Source: a virus
Length of the DNA: 64,000 nt
Reading direction: 5' to 3' (one strand)
IMG/VR virus record: IMGVR_UViG_3300049324_000053
Below, in pieces: positions 38,431 to 48,076 of the stretch (positions are counted from its first letter, which is position 1; each line of letters begins with the position of its first letter). Below the pieces are notes generated by a model. That model was not told the origin of the DNA and searched no databases. It saw only the letters and a list, made by a program, of their open reading frames with translations. The position numbers and the translations under genes were made by a program.

Positions 38431-39015
38431 TCAGATGGCTTGGCTGGCTGCGGCCAGTTCGGCTTCCAGCCGGGCGATCTCTGCTTGGGCGGCTGCCAGT
38501 TCGTCCGTCACCGTAGATGACGTTGGTTTGCTGTTGCTATCGAGGACGGCGGCGATGTCGCCGTTCGTGCGGCGGCGAGCCAGGTCAGCACGCAGCGCTG
38601 CTCGGCCCGGAGCTTTGCCCTTGTACCCCAGGCTGGGGTCAAGCCGGTAGACGTAGGCGTTCCCAACCCGTTCACCGCGATGGATGATCCCGCGTTTGAT
38701 CAGGCGCGACAGGGCTCGGGATGTCGCCTCACGCGTCACCGACATGGTCTTGGCCATGTCGGTGACGTTGATATAGAGGTAATTGTCCCAATGCAGTTCT
38801 GCTATCAGCTTGAAGACGAGGCGCATCTCCAGCGACGTCACGGTCTGGTCGGCGGCAAGCTCTCGAAGGACCCGCTGTGATACCAGCATAAATCCCCCTT
38901 CCGGCTCGTGCCGTATCGAAGCGAACAATTGGGGCACCGCATACTCGCGGTGCAGGATCTCGCCTGTCGCGTCGTCCACGATTTTAATGTTCCGCCTCGG
39001 CGTAGTCGAATCCAC
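38431..39015 (-). CDS. RepL-like winged-HTH replication/maintenance protein
   Basis: VDDATGEI; HTH DMAKTMSVTREATSRALSRL..RGII; YRLDPSLGYKG. Confidence 0.65.
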   Translation of the reverse strand: MDSTTPRRNIKIVDDATGEILHREYAVPQLFASIRHEPEGGFMLVSQRVLRELAADQTVTSLEMRLVFKLIAELHWDNYLYINVTDMAKTMSVTREATSRALSRLIKRGIIHRGERVGNAYVYRLDPSLGYKGKAPGRAALRADLARRRTNGDIAAVLDSNSKPTSSTVTDELAAAQAEIARLEAELAAASQAI

Positions 39016-39309
39016 GTGATGAGTGTGACATGCTCCATCATGAGGTGTGAATCTGGGGTTCACACCCGAACCGGTAAACACCCAGCTCAGGGGGTCGCCT
39101 TCTTCCTCTTAAGAGGTAACCGAGCTGGCAGGTGCGTCGCGTTGCGTGCTTGCAACGCTATCCGAGCGGCTCGCGGGGCCGGGGCGGGAAGCACCATGCC
39201 GGCGACCTGGCCGGTTCTTCTGATCTTGTCTTGGACCCCTGGTGAGCCGACATGGCCCACCCTCGAACCTCAAACCCAAGGGCGCCGCAAGGGCAGCGGT
39301 GCCGCCGCC

Positions 39310-39425
39310 GGCGCGCGGCGCTGTCTGGTCCGGGTGAGCCCGGCGGGAGTCCGCCACGCGGGTGTTCGGTCCGCGGGGTTCGGGGGGCGCGGTTGCCCCC
39401 CGTTCACGCGGCCGCAGCCTGCGCC
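39310..39425 (+). repeat. Structured non-coding element, copy A
   Basis: Similar to the reverse complement of 48714-48833. Confidence 0.8.
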
Positions 39426-39514
39426 ATGAACCGCTGGTGAGCGGACGCCGGCAAGAAGATGGGCCTCGGCTGCGCCGAGTCCTTGTGGGAGTCCGACGTC
39501 GTATCCTGCAGCTC

Positions 39515-40045
39515 ATGACGGACAACGCCGCCGACCTGATCGCACGTGCGCTCTGGATGGCCGGTCTGACCGCCGCGCAGCTGGCCAGCCGGCTGGACAT
39601 GCCGCAGTCGTTGCTCGACCAGCATCTTGACGGGCAGGTGCAGCCGACCCTGCGGCAGCTGGAGCACATCCTGGCCGTCGCCGGCCTGGAACCGGACATC
39701 GAGCTGCGCCCCCTTGGCACCCGCCAGGGCCAGAAGCTGTTGCAGGTGCTGGCGGTCACGGAGCTGCTGCCGCACGGGGAGCCGGGCCCGTTGCTGTTCC
39801 CGCCGTTTCGGACGTTCCTGCGCCGCGCTGATGACGAGGTTGCGTCCAGGCGAGACGATCAAGAGGTCGTCGACGTCTTCCGTGCTGCGCAGAGGGATTG
39901 GCCTGAGCACTTGAGGGACGACGCCCCGGTGCAGGCTTGTTCTGGATGCGGACGAAAGACCTGGACGTCTACCCGCTTCGGCCGGCCATGCGCGATGACG
40001 CAACCGGACGGAACACGTTGTCCCGGCGTGTTCGTGTCGGCGTAG
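39515..40045 (+). CDS. XRE-HTH (antitoxin-like) protein with Cys-rich C-terminal extension
   Basis: AGLTAAQLA....PQS......GQVQPTL..L..IL..AG; L.QVL...E.LP......L.FPP; TATCCT-N7-ATG. Confidence 0.6.
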   Translation: MTDNAADLIARALWMAGLTAAQLASRLDMPQSLLDQHLDGQVQPTLRQLEHILAVAGLEPDIELRPLGTRQGQKLLQVLAVTELLPHGEPGPLLFPPFRTFLRRADDEVASRRDDQEVVDVFRAAQRDWPEHLRDDAPVQACSGCGRKTWTSTRFGRPCAMTQPDGTRCPGVFVSA

Positions 40046-40190
40046 GGAGGAGCCTGCAGCGTGCCGGTTCTGTCGGACCTGTGCGTTACGGTCAGGCCAA
40101 GATGGGGCGTACGGCGCGTAACTTGACGATCCGGACGTAGCGCAGCGTATTGTCAGCGTGCCCCAGTGTGACGGCACCGAGGATACCCCT

Positions 40191-41096
40191 GTGATCATTC
40201 GCCAGAGCCTGCTTGCATCGTGGGCGCGCTGCCCCGCCGCAGCCGGCTTCGAGCGCGGCGGATTCCCCCGGCGGATCACCAGCGCCCTGGCCTACGGCAC
40301 CGTCATGCATCACGCCCTGCTGGTGTTCGAACGGCTGCTGGCCGAAGGCCGTCCCGCCGCCGACGCCCTCGTCGAGGCGACCGAGGCGTTCACTTTCTAC
40401 TGGTCACCGGCGAACATCCACGCGATCGGCGAACCGGTCTCCCCCGACGGCTGGCTACCACGCCAGTCGTACGCCGACCTGCGCCTGCGCGGCATCGAGA
40501 CCCTGACCAAGTACGCCGCCGGCATGCACGGCCGTCCCCGCACCCTGCTGGCCTGCGAGTACCGGTTCCAGGTGCCCGTCGACGGCACCTGGGACGACGT
40601 GGCCGGCGAACCGCACATCCTGTTCGGCACCCTGGACCGGCTACAGCTCGAACGCCATCACGGCCGGCCCGTGCTCGCGATCGCCGACTACAAGACCGGC
40701 GCCCAACCCGCCTACCTGCGCCAGCATCTGCAGTTCACCGCCTACGCCTACGCCAGTACCCGGCGCGAGTTCTGGACCGGGTGGCGTGGCGAAGAAGGGT
40801 TCGGTCCCGACCATGGCGCCGACATGTACGAGCGGTTCGCGCCGTTCGCGCGCCGCGGCACCTGGATCAACCTGAGCAAGTTCACGGAAGCCGACGCCGG
40901 CTGGCGCGGTGAGGCGGACTACGCCCGGCTGCGCATCGCCATCAGCCAGGTCGCCGCCTCCATCGCCGCGGACATTTTCCCCCTCAACCTTGTCGGCGAG
41001 GTCTGCACGCACTGCTCGTACACGGCCGTCTGCGGTGGCACCGGCCTGCCCGACGACGACGCCGGACGGCCGCTCGCCGGCCGCATCACCACGTGA
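40191..41096 (+). CDS. PD-(D/E)XK RecB/Cas4-like exonuclease
   Basis: GTVMH; GTLDRL; ADYKTG; QF.AY; C..C.Y...C. Confidence 0.85.
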   Translation: MIIRQSLLASWARCPAAAGFERGGFPRRITSALAYGTVMHHALLVFERLLAEGRPAADALVEATEAFTFYWSPANIHAIGEPVSPDGWLPRQSYADLRLRGIETLTKYAAGMHGRPRTLLACEYRFQVPVDGTWDDVAGEPHILFGTLDRLQLERHHGRPVLAIADYKTGAQPAYLRQHLQFTAYAYASTRREFWTGWRGEEGFGPDHGADMYERFAPFARRGTWINLSKFTEADAGWRGEADYARLRIAISQVAASIAADIFPLNLVGEVCTHCSYTAVCGGTGLPDDDAGRPLAGRITT

Positions 41097-41106
41097 GGAC
41101 ATCGGC

Positions 41107-42750
41107 ATGCCGCTGAAAGTGTTCACCACCGGCCTCGACCAGTACGCCGCCGGTGGTGACGGACGCATCAAACTGCTGGTCATCGGCGGCCCGAACGCCG
41201 GCAAAACTCGGCTCGCGTCCTACTTCCCGAAGCCGATCTTCGCCGACGCCGACAAGGGGCTGGCGAGCATCCGCGACCGGCGTTCGCGTGGTGTACTCAT
41301 CGGCGGGTCCGCCGACATGTTCGATTTGCTCGCCGAACTGGACCGTGAATGCAAACGGCCCTGGGATCAGCGCGCCTACCAGACGCTCGTGATCGACACG
41401 TTCGACGTTCTGTCGCGCAAGGTCGCCGACGAGTGGGTGCGTGCGGACCGGGCGCGGTCGGTGTTCTCCGGCTGGGAGGCGTACGACTATCTCGCCGCCA
41501 AACTTGGCACGATCATGACCCGGACGTTGAACCTCGACATGCATGTCGTCGTCAACTGCCATTTCACGGACAAAACGGTCAAGGGCCCCGACGAGACCGG
41601 CAAGATCATCGAGCGGACCGAGTACGGCCTGCAGGTCCGCGGCAGCATGCGCGACCAGCTGTTCAACGACTTCGACCTCATCGGCTGGCTCGGCCTCGCG
41701 TGGGAGAACGAGGACGGCCGGCAGGTGTTGCGCCGCGAACTGAGCTTCACCCCCGCACCCGACAAGCCGTTCCTCAAAGACCGCCTGCACGTGATGCCGC
41801 CCGCCATCCCCATCACCCTCGGCCAGCAGGACTTCGCCACCCTGTTCGGCTACATCGCCGGCGGCCTGGACAACCTGCCCGAAGCCGAGCAGGTCGGTGA
41901 GATCCCCACCGGCAGCACCCTCGACGACACCGCAGCGCCCGCACCGGTCACCGCCGGCGCCTTGCCCGGCGCCGCGACTGCCGCACCACCCCGGCCGTCG
42001 CTGGTCGGCCTCGACCGTCCCACGCTGATGAACCTCGCCCGCGAATACGGCGGCAACCCTCGCGCGACCGCCACGAAAAGCGAGCTGCTGGACATCATCA
42101 ACCGTGCGACGGAGGCCCGAACGCGTGCTACCACCTCACCGGCCTCCACGCCTTCACCGGAGCCCACGCCCGCCCCGAACGGACAGCACTCCGAACGCGC
42201 GCCAGCCCCGCCAACCGCGCCGCCAGCCGCACCGCCGGTCCCCACACCCGCTGCGCCGCAACCCACCCCGGCCGCCGCCACCGGTGCCATCGCCCCCGCA
42301 CCGGCGCCGGCCACCCTCGAACCGGTTGCCGCGGACCCGGCGCCGCCGGTCAGCCGCGAAAAAGCCGTCAACGCCGTCCTCGAACAGCTCGGCGCTTCCA
42401 TCCTGTCCGAGACACCGGAACTGAACACCGCCGCGCCGGTGGTCCTGCCCACCACGCCGGCCGGTCCGCCGGCAGCGAAAACACCGGCCGTCGTGCCACC
42501 CGCGCCGGCCGTCGTTCCTGTTGTCACCCTCGCCCCTGTTTCAGCAGCTGCCGCCCCCCAGGTGGGCGCGGTGCGTACGGCGACCGGCGCGCCCAGCGCT
42601 ACCGACATCCTCGCCGGCCACTGCGACTCCTGCGCCAAGGCGCTCGCCGCTGAAGAGGTCGACCTTGTGCGCATCGGACGGGTCAAGTTTCGCCGGTTGC
42701 TGTGCAACAGCTGCTTCAAGACCCTAGTTGAGGAGAACAGCCGCAGATGA
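41107..42750 (+). CDS. Sak4-like AAA ATPase/recombinase with Pro/Ala linker and C-terminal Zn finger
   Basis: GGPNAGKT..ASYFPKP..D.DKG; LVIDT; KDR; CDSC...CNSC. Confidence 0.75.
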   Translation: MPLKVFTTGLDQYAAGGDGRIKLLVIGGPNAGKTRLASYFPKPIFADADKGLASIRDRRSRGVLIGGSADMFDLLAELDRECKRPWDQRAYQTLVIDTFDVLSRKVADEWVRADRARSVFSGWEAYDYLAAKLGTIMTRTLNLDMHVVVNCHFTDKTVKGPDETGKIIERTEYGLQVRGSMRDQLFNDFDLIGWLGLAWENEDGRQVLRRELSFTPAPDKPFLKDRLHVMPPAIPITLGQQDFATLFGYIAGGLDNLPEAEQVGEIPTGSTLDDTAAPAPVTAGALPGAATAAPPRPSLVGLDRPTLMNLAREYGGNPRATATKSELLDIINRATEARTRATTSPASTPSPEPTPAPNGQHSERAPAPPTAPPAAPPVPTPAAPQPTPAAATGAIAPAPAPATLEPVAADPAPPVSREKAVNAVLEQLGASILSETPELNTAAPVVLPTTPAGPPAAKTPAVVPPAPAVVPVVTLAPVSAAAAPQVGAVRTATGAPSATDILAGHCDSCAKALAAEEVDLVRIGRVKFRRLLCNSCFKTLVEENSRR

Positions 42751-43193
42751 AAATCAGCAACGACGACAGCGAACTGCTGCCCGCTGACACGATCTTCAAA
42801 GGTGCTGTCGAAGCGATCGCTCCCGACACGTACATGTTCACCGACACGACCACCGGCAAAGACGTCGAACGTATCAGCCTCAAATGGCGCATCAAGATCC
42901 TCGAAGGCGACTACAAGGAACGTGTCGCGTTCGGTTCCACCTGGGCGCGCATCGGCGGCAAGAACAACCCGCTGCGCGACTGGATCGAAGCACTGCTCGG
43001 CCGGGAACTGGCCCCCGGCGAGGAGTTCGACACCGACGACTTCCTCGGCATGGTGTGCGAGTTCACCGTCCGGCACGGCACCAACAACAAGACTGGGCGG
43101 CCGTTCGCCACCATCGACACCGTTTTCCCTGCCGTGTCCGCGCTCACCGGCGCATCCGGTGGCTACGTTCCCACCGACGACGTCCCGTTCTAG
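42747..43193 (+). CDS. ssDNA-binding protein-like
   Basis: OB-like; acidic aromatic tail DDVPF; follows the recombinase. Confidence 0.65.
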   Translation: MKISNDDSELLPADTIFKGAVEAIAPDTYMFTDTTTGKDVERISLKWRIKILEGDYKERVAFGSTWARIGGKNNPLRDWIEALLGRELAPGEEFDTDDFLGMVCEFTVRHGTNNKTGRPFATIDTVFPAVSALTGASGGYVPTDDVPF

Positions 43194-46184
43194 GTGGACA
43201 CATTCGACCCGGTGGCGTACCTCGCGGGCAAGGGCTGGCACGGACGCGCCACCGGCGGTCACGAGGTCGTCTACCCGTGCTTTTTCGACTGCGGCGAAGA
43301 TCAGAGCAGCCGCAAACGCAAGTTGTACCTGAACTCCACCACCGGCATGTACGACTGCAAGGTCTGCGGCACACACGGTGGGCCGTACCTGCTGGCCAAG
43401 CATTTCGGTGACATTCTCACCGACAACCAGCTGCACACCGACCAGCAGCTCGCCGGCGATCCGTTCGCCCGTCGCCGGCTGCTGGACGCTGCGACCACGG
43501 CCGCTGCGGACATGCTGCCCGCCAACCCGGCCATCCTCGATTACCTCACCGGCACCACCATGACCCCCTACGGACTCGGCCGCGGTCTCACCCCGGAAAC
43601 GGTCGTTGAACGCCGGTTGGGGTTCGCCGGTGGCAAACACTGGTCGCTCACCGCCGCCTTGGACCTGACCGGTGTCGACGCCGCCACCTTGACCAGCACC
43701 GGTCTGGCTCGTTCCGACGGGCGCGACACCTTCAGCACTCACATCACCATCCCGTACCTGGCCCGCGGGCACACCGAACAGATCCGCGGCCGCAACATCG
43801 GTGCGACCGGCAGCAAATACCTCTCGGCCGCCGGCGCCGGCGTTGCGCTCTACAACCGGGACAGTCTCGACGACGCCGACGAGGTGCTCATCACCGAAGG
43901 CGAGTTCGACGCGATGATCGCCCGGCAGTCGTTCGCTGCCAGCGGCGACGAGAAACTCGCCGCCTTGGCCGTCGTCGCCCTGCCCGGCACCAGCAGCTGG
44001 CCGACCGACCTGCCCGGCTACCTGACCGGGGTGCGGCGCATCTGGCTCGGCCTGGACGCCGACGAACCCGGCCGCAAAGCCACCGCCAAGCTCGCCGACA
44101 CGCTCGGCCGCCGCGCCCGCCCCCTCGCGCTGCCCGAAATGCATCAGGACTGGACCGACTGGATCGCCCGCGGCGGCGCCACCTGTGAACAGATCGCCGG
44201 CCTGTTCGCTGCCGCCAGCGGCCGTCGCGTTTTCAGCATGGCCGATGCTGGACGTAGCTGGCGCGCGCAGCGCACCCTGTCCGGCGGGTTGAAGACCGGG
44301 TACACCGGATTGGACTCCACCATTCTTCCTGGCCTGCTTCCCGGACAAGTTGCCGTGCTCTACTCGAAGACGGGTACAGGCAAACAGAACGATGTTGATG
44401 AGGTCGTCCCGACCCCAACCGGATGGCGCCGGTTCGGCGACTTGCAGCCCGGCGACCAGGTGTTCGGGCAAAACGGTAGCCCCACCACCGTCACCGGCGT
44501 CTGGCCCCAGATCGACCGGCGCGCCTGGCGGGTCACCTTCTCCGATCGAACAAGCCTCGTCGCCGGCCCCGACCACCTGTGGCAGGTCTCCTATCGTGGT
44601 GGACGGCGCCGGGAGTGGATCCCCTGCGTCATGTCCACCACCGAGATCCTTGCCGCCGGCCTGCACTACAGGCGCGAGTATCGCTGGATCATCCCGATGC
44701 CCGGCCCAGTCCAGTTCCCGAAGCAGCAACTACTTATCGCGCCCTACACGTTCGGCGCGCTGCTCGCGAACGGCTACCTGACCGGCACGGGCGCCGTGCT
44801 CACCACCCCTGATCCGCACGTCGTCGCCCGCTGCCGTAGCGAGCACATCCTGCACAAGCACAAGACGCCCGACGGTGCTTGCCGCCGGTACGGGGTGCTC
44901 GGCGTCCTGCCCGACCTGCGGCGTCTCGGCCTCACCGTCGGCAGCTACGACAAGTTCATCCCCGAGATGTACCTGACTGCCAGTGTTGAGCAGCGTATCG
45001 CCCTGCTGCAGGGGCTGATGGACGGCGACGGCAGTACTCGCGGCGCCGGACGTGCCTCGGTGCGGTATCACACCATGTCGCGGCGGCTGGCCGCCGATGT
45101 GCAGCGTCTGGTCTGGTCGCTCGGTGGCACGGCGATGGACAACTGGATGGACCGTGGCCCCAAGGGTGTCGAGGGAATGTTGTCGATCATGATGCCGTCC
45201 GAGATCGAGCCTTTCTACACCCCCCGCAAGGTGCGTGGTTGTCCGCCCAAGTACAGCGAGCCGCGCCGTGCCATCGTCAGCATCGAACCGGTCGAAGACC
45301 GTGACATGCAATGCATCAGCGTCGACGCTCCCGATGCGCTTTATCAGATCGGCGCCGCGCATATCGTCACCCACAACACGATCTTGCTCTGTAATATGTC
45401 CTACAATATGCGCCGGCATAATATTCTGTTCATCTCACTGGAGATGACCCGTGAGGAAATCTACGAACGACTGCGCCGCATCTATCTGTTCTGGAATCCC
45501 AACGCCACCGATGCAGAAGTCGATGCGGGTCTCGAACACATTTACATCTGCGACGAGAACCGCCTCGATGAGAATGCCTGGGCCGACGTCCTCGAAGAAT
45601 ATCAGACCGAGACCGGAACCACTCCTGACCTTGTCATGGTCGATTATCTCGGTTATTACGCTCGCGGTCACGCCGGCGCCAACCGGTACGAGCAAGTCTC
45701 CAACGCCATCATGAGCCTCAAAGCCGCCGCCAAAGGCAACGGCAACCCCGACAGCCGGTTCGCACTCATCACCCCCAGCCAGGTCAATCGTGGCGCCCGC
45801 GCCGGCGCTCCCGTCGAACTCGACGACGCCCGCGACTCCGGCGGTGTGGAGGAAACCGCCGACTTCGTGCTGAGCCTCTACCGTCCCGAGGACGCCCTGA
45901 CCGCGTCCGATCCTACCGCCGGACGTACCGGCGGCCGCCCCGCACCGCCCGTTGCAGCCGTCGCCACCGGCGCCCTACGTCTCGGTGTTCTCAAAAGCCG
46001 GCACGGTGGCGTCGGACGTGAATTCGGTTTGCAGATGGATCTGCTCACCTTGGCCATCGTCGAGATGAACACCGCCGCCGCACATCGTGCCGCCGATCAT
46101 AACAACTTGCACCGCCGTGGCCACGACTGGAATTACCTGCGGATGACCGAAACCCAACCCCGCCAACTGCGGATCGTCACCTAA
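43194..46184 (+). CDS. Fused primase (Zn finger plus TOPRIM) and DnaB-like helicase, intein-containing
   Basis: C..C/CKVC; TEGEFDAM; LDADEPG; TGTGK/T; SLEM; VDYL; SQVNR; LKSRHG. Confidence 0.92.
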   Translation: MDTFDPVAYLAGKGWHGRATGGHEVVYPCFFDCGEDQSSRKRKLYLNSTTGMYDCKVCGTHGGPYLLAKHFGDILTDNQLHTDQQLAGDPFARRRLLDAATTAAADMLPANPAILDYLTGTTMTPYGLGRGLTPETVVERRLGFAGGKHWSLTAALDLTGVDAATLTSTGLARSDGRDTFSTHITIPYLARGHTEQIRGRNIGATGSKYLSAAGAGVALYNRDSLDDADEVLITEGEFDAMIARQSFAASGDEKLAALAVVALPGTSSWPTDLPGYLTGVRRIWLGLDADEPGRKATAKLADTLGRRARPLALPEMHQDWTDWIARGGATCEQIAGLFAAASGRRVFSMADAGRSWRAQRTLSGGLKTGYTGLDSTILPGLLPGQVAVLYSKTGTGKQNDVDEVVPTPTGWRRFGDLQPGDQVFGQNGSPTTVTGVWPQIDRRAWRVTFSDRTSLVAGPDHLWQVSYRGGRRREWIPCVMSTTEILAAGLHYRREYRWIIPMPGPVQFPKQQLLIAPYTFGALLANGYLTGTGAVLTTPDPHVVARCRSEHILHKHKTPDGACRRYGVLGVLPDLRRLGLTVGSYDKFIPEMYLTASVEQRIALLQGLMDGDGSTRGAGRASVRYHTMSRRLAADVQRLVWSLGGTAMDNWMDRGPKGVEGMLSIMMPSEIEPFYTPRKVRGCPPKYSEPRRAIVSIEPVEDRDMQCISVDAPDALYQIGAAHIVTHNTILLCNMSYNMRRHNILFISLEMTREEIYERLRRIYLFWNPNATDAEVDAGLEHIYICDENRLDENAWADVLEEYQTETGTTPDLVMVDYLGYYARGHAGANRYEQVSNAIMSLKAAAKGNGNPDSRFALITPSQVNRGARAGAPVELDDARDSGGVEETADFVLSLYRPEDALTASDPTAGRTGGRPAPPVAAVATGALRLGVLKSRHGGVGREFGLQMDLLTLAIVEMNTAAAHRAADHNNLHRRGHDWNYLRMTETQPRQLRIVT
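44385..45377 (+). mobile_element. Class 3-type intein (331 aa) with LAGLIDADG homing endonuclease, inserted in Walker A
   Basis: GK/QNDV...TPTGW; DHLW; LLANG and GLMDGDG; MQCISV; VTHN/T. Confidence 0.88.
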
Positions 46185-46200
46185 CACACCAGGAGTTGTC

Positions 46201-46371
46201 ATGCCACAAGATAGTCATCGCCCTCCGGAAGGTAAGTACGCCGCGCCACTACTGCTGACCTGCATCCTCACCGGCCCCGACGCCTATTACGTCGCCGGCG
46301 CCCTGAACGAACGTGGCGTCAGCGCCGAAGAATTCACCCGCGAAGCCATCCTCGAATACGCGGCAAGGTAA
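46201..46371 (+). CDS. 56-aa small protein with RHH-like C-terminus
   Basis: AGGAG SD; ...ALNERGVSAEEFTREAILEY. Confidence 0.45.
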   Translation: MPQDSHRPPEGKYAAPLLLTCILTGPDAYYVAGALNERGVSAEEFTREAILEYAAR

Positions 46372-46373
46372 CC

Positions 46374-46784
46374 ATGACACCTGCACAGTTCGTCAAGCAC
46401 GCCGAAAACACTCTCGGCACCGACATCAGCACCCCGCTGTGGAAATGCCGCGCCCGGGAAACCGCCAAACTCACCCGCTGGCTCGACACCCATCCCGGCA
46501 CCACCATGCACGACCTGCTGCTGGCAGTCGAATACTGCCGCACCATGCACGTGACGGTCCGCACCCCCCTCGGCGTCACCTACTACATCCCCGACGCCAC
46601 CGCCCGCACCCACCGGCCCGCGCCCACCGACGCCCGCGAACAAGCCCGTCAGGATGCGCTCACCGTCCTCGCGGCCCGCACCGACGCCGACGCCGCCGCA
46701 TGGATGACCCGTCTGCAGCGTGCCGACGGCGACGGTCTCGACGACGTTCTCGCCGAGTACCACAGCGCCCGCCCGGCCGCATGA
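46374..46784 (+). CDS. Hypothetical protein
   Basis: AAGGT SD; operon position. Confidence 0.55.
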   Translation: MTPAQFVKHAENTLGTDISTPLWKCRARETAKLTRWLDTHPGTTMHDLLLAVEYCRTMHVTVRTPLGVTYYIPDATARTHRPAPTDAREQARQDALTVLAARTDADAAAWMTRLQRADGDGLDDVLAEYHSARPAA

Positions 46785-46974
46785 TGCGCACCCTGCGGTT
46801 ACGCACCACCGTGCTGAGCTACGCGATCGTGCTGCGCCTGCTGCCGACCGGCACCAACAGTCGCGTCACCTGCGACATGGCGCTGCATCGCCTCCTGGAA
46901 CGGCTCGCCAGCGCCGACAACGCCACCGGCCTGCCGCCCGTCGTGCGACCCATCCTCAACCATCGCCAGCCCCG

Positions 46975-47316
46975 GTGAGCATCCGCACCGGTTTCCCCGC
47001 CCTGGCGCGCACCACCCGGCGCACCGTACGCACCGGCCTGCACGCCCACGGCTGCCCCCGCTGCCGGCGCCGTTTCGACTGCACGTGCGGGACGCCCGGC
47101 GCCGACCCCGAATGCATCACCTGCCGTGCCGGCACCCCCGCCTGGGAACTGCTGGCCGGCAACCGCGCACCCCGCCCCTGCTGTGCGGCGCGCGCCCGGC
47201 CCGTCACCGCCGAGGAACGTTCCCGCTATCGGCTCGCCGGCAGCTGCCCCTGGCTGATCTGCCCCGCCTGCTACCGCACCCATCCCTTCTGCATCCGAAA
47301 GGTCCATCCGCGATGA
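46975..47316 (+). CDS. Cys-rich Zn-binding protein
   Basis: HAHGC..C...C.C...C..CR...CC...C..C.RTHP. Confidence 0.55.
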   Translation: MSIRTGFPALARTTRRTVRTGLHAHGCPRCRRRFDCTCGTPGADPECITCRAGTPAWELLAGNRAPRPCCAARARPVTAEERSRYRLAGSCPWLICPACYRTHPFCIRKVHPR

Positions 47317-47678
47317 GCGAGCCCACAGGGTACGACCCCGCCACTGGTGAGATTCGGCCGGCGGAGGCGTTCGACGACAATGCCGAGTTCGTTCCCGCCG
47401 CGTTGGCGCCGGCGCCGGTCGTGCCGTACTTGTTCGAGGGCACCGAAGTCGCCGCGTCGACCGCCAAGCTGGCCAGCAAGAGCGGCTTGGACATCGGCGA
47501 CCGGGTGTTGTCGTACGGCGACTACATCGAACTGACGATCATCGCTCGGGTTGCCGGCGTCGACCACGCTCCGATCCCGGAGAACGAGGACATCCTTGGC
47601 CGCGGACATCGTCTCGTCGTCGCCGACACCACGTTCCTGCGAGCCTGGAACCCGCGCTCCGGCCTGGAATACCGTTGA
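47313..47678 (+). CDS. Hypothetical protein
   Basis: ATGA-coupled; DPATGEI...FEG..V. Confidence 0.55.
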   Translation: MSEPTGYDPATGEIRPAEAFDDNAEFVPAALAPAPVVPYLFEGTEVAASTAKLASKSGLDIGDRVLSYGDYIELTIIARVAGVDHAPIPENEDILGRGHRLVVADTTFLRAWNPRSGLEYR

Positions 47679-48010
47679 GCAGTCCACCTCCTGGCGCCCT
47701 GCCAGGGCGTGCGACCCAGGTGGTGCGCACCATCGAGTTCTCCCCTGACGGCGGCTTGACCGTCGAGTACGTCGACCCCGAACAGGACGTCAAATCCAAC
47801 GGCCTCATGGTCAACCATGTGTTGTGGATTCCGTACGAGCCGTACGAGGACGAGATCGAGAAGCTGGTCGACACGTTGCGCGAGTTGGTGGCCGAAGCGA
47901 CCCGTGACCTGGCCATGTTGGGGCCGCCGCTCACACATCCCAGTGAAGAACGCTCGTTGGGCGCCCCCGACGACGACGACGAGGAGGACGGCCCGGACTT
48001 CCCGCGTTGA
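47675..48010 (+). CDS. Hypothetical acidic protein
   Basis: TTGA-coupled. Confidence 0.5.
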   Translation: MSSPPPGALPGRATQVVRTIEFSPDGGLTVEYVDPEQDVKSNGLMVNHVLWIPYEPYEDEIEKLVDTLRELVAEATRDLAMLGPPLTHPSEERSLGAPDDDDEEDGPDFPR

Positions 48011-48076
48011 CGGTAGTCGTAGACAGCTTCACATGTTGGTAGTAACCCTCGGCAAACACCCAGCGTGACGGCATGG

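Noticed and set aside
41850-44729. 959-aa antisense ORF and similar long ORFs (13906-16059, 11166-12809, 24797-26359, 51844-53256)
   Set aside because: Shadow ORFs of high-GC coding sequence opposite well-supported genes.
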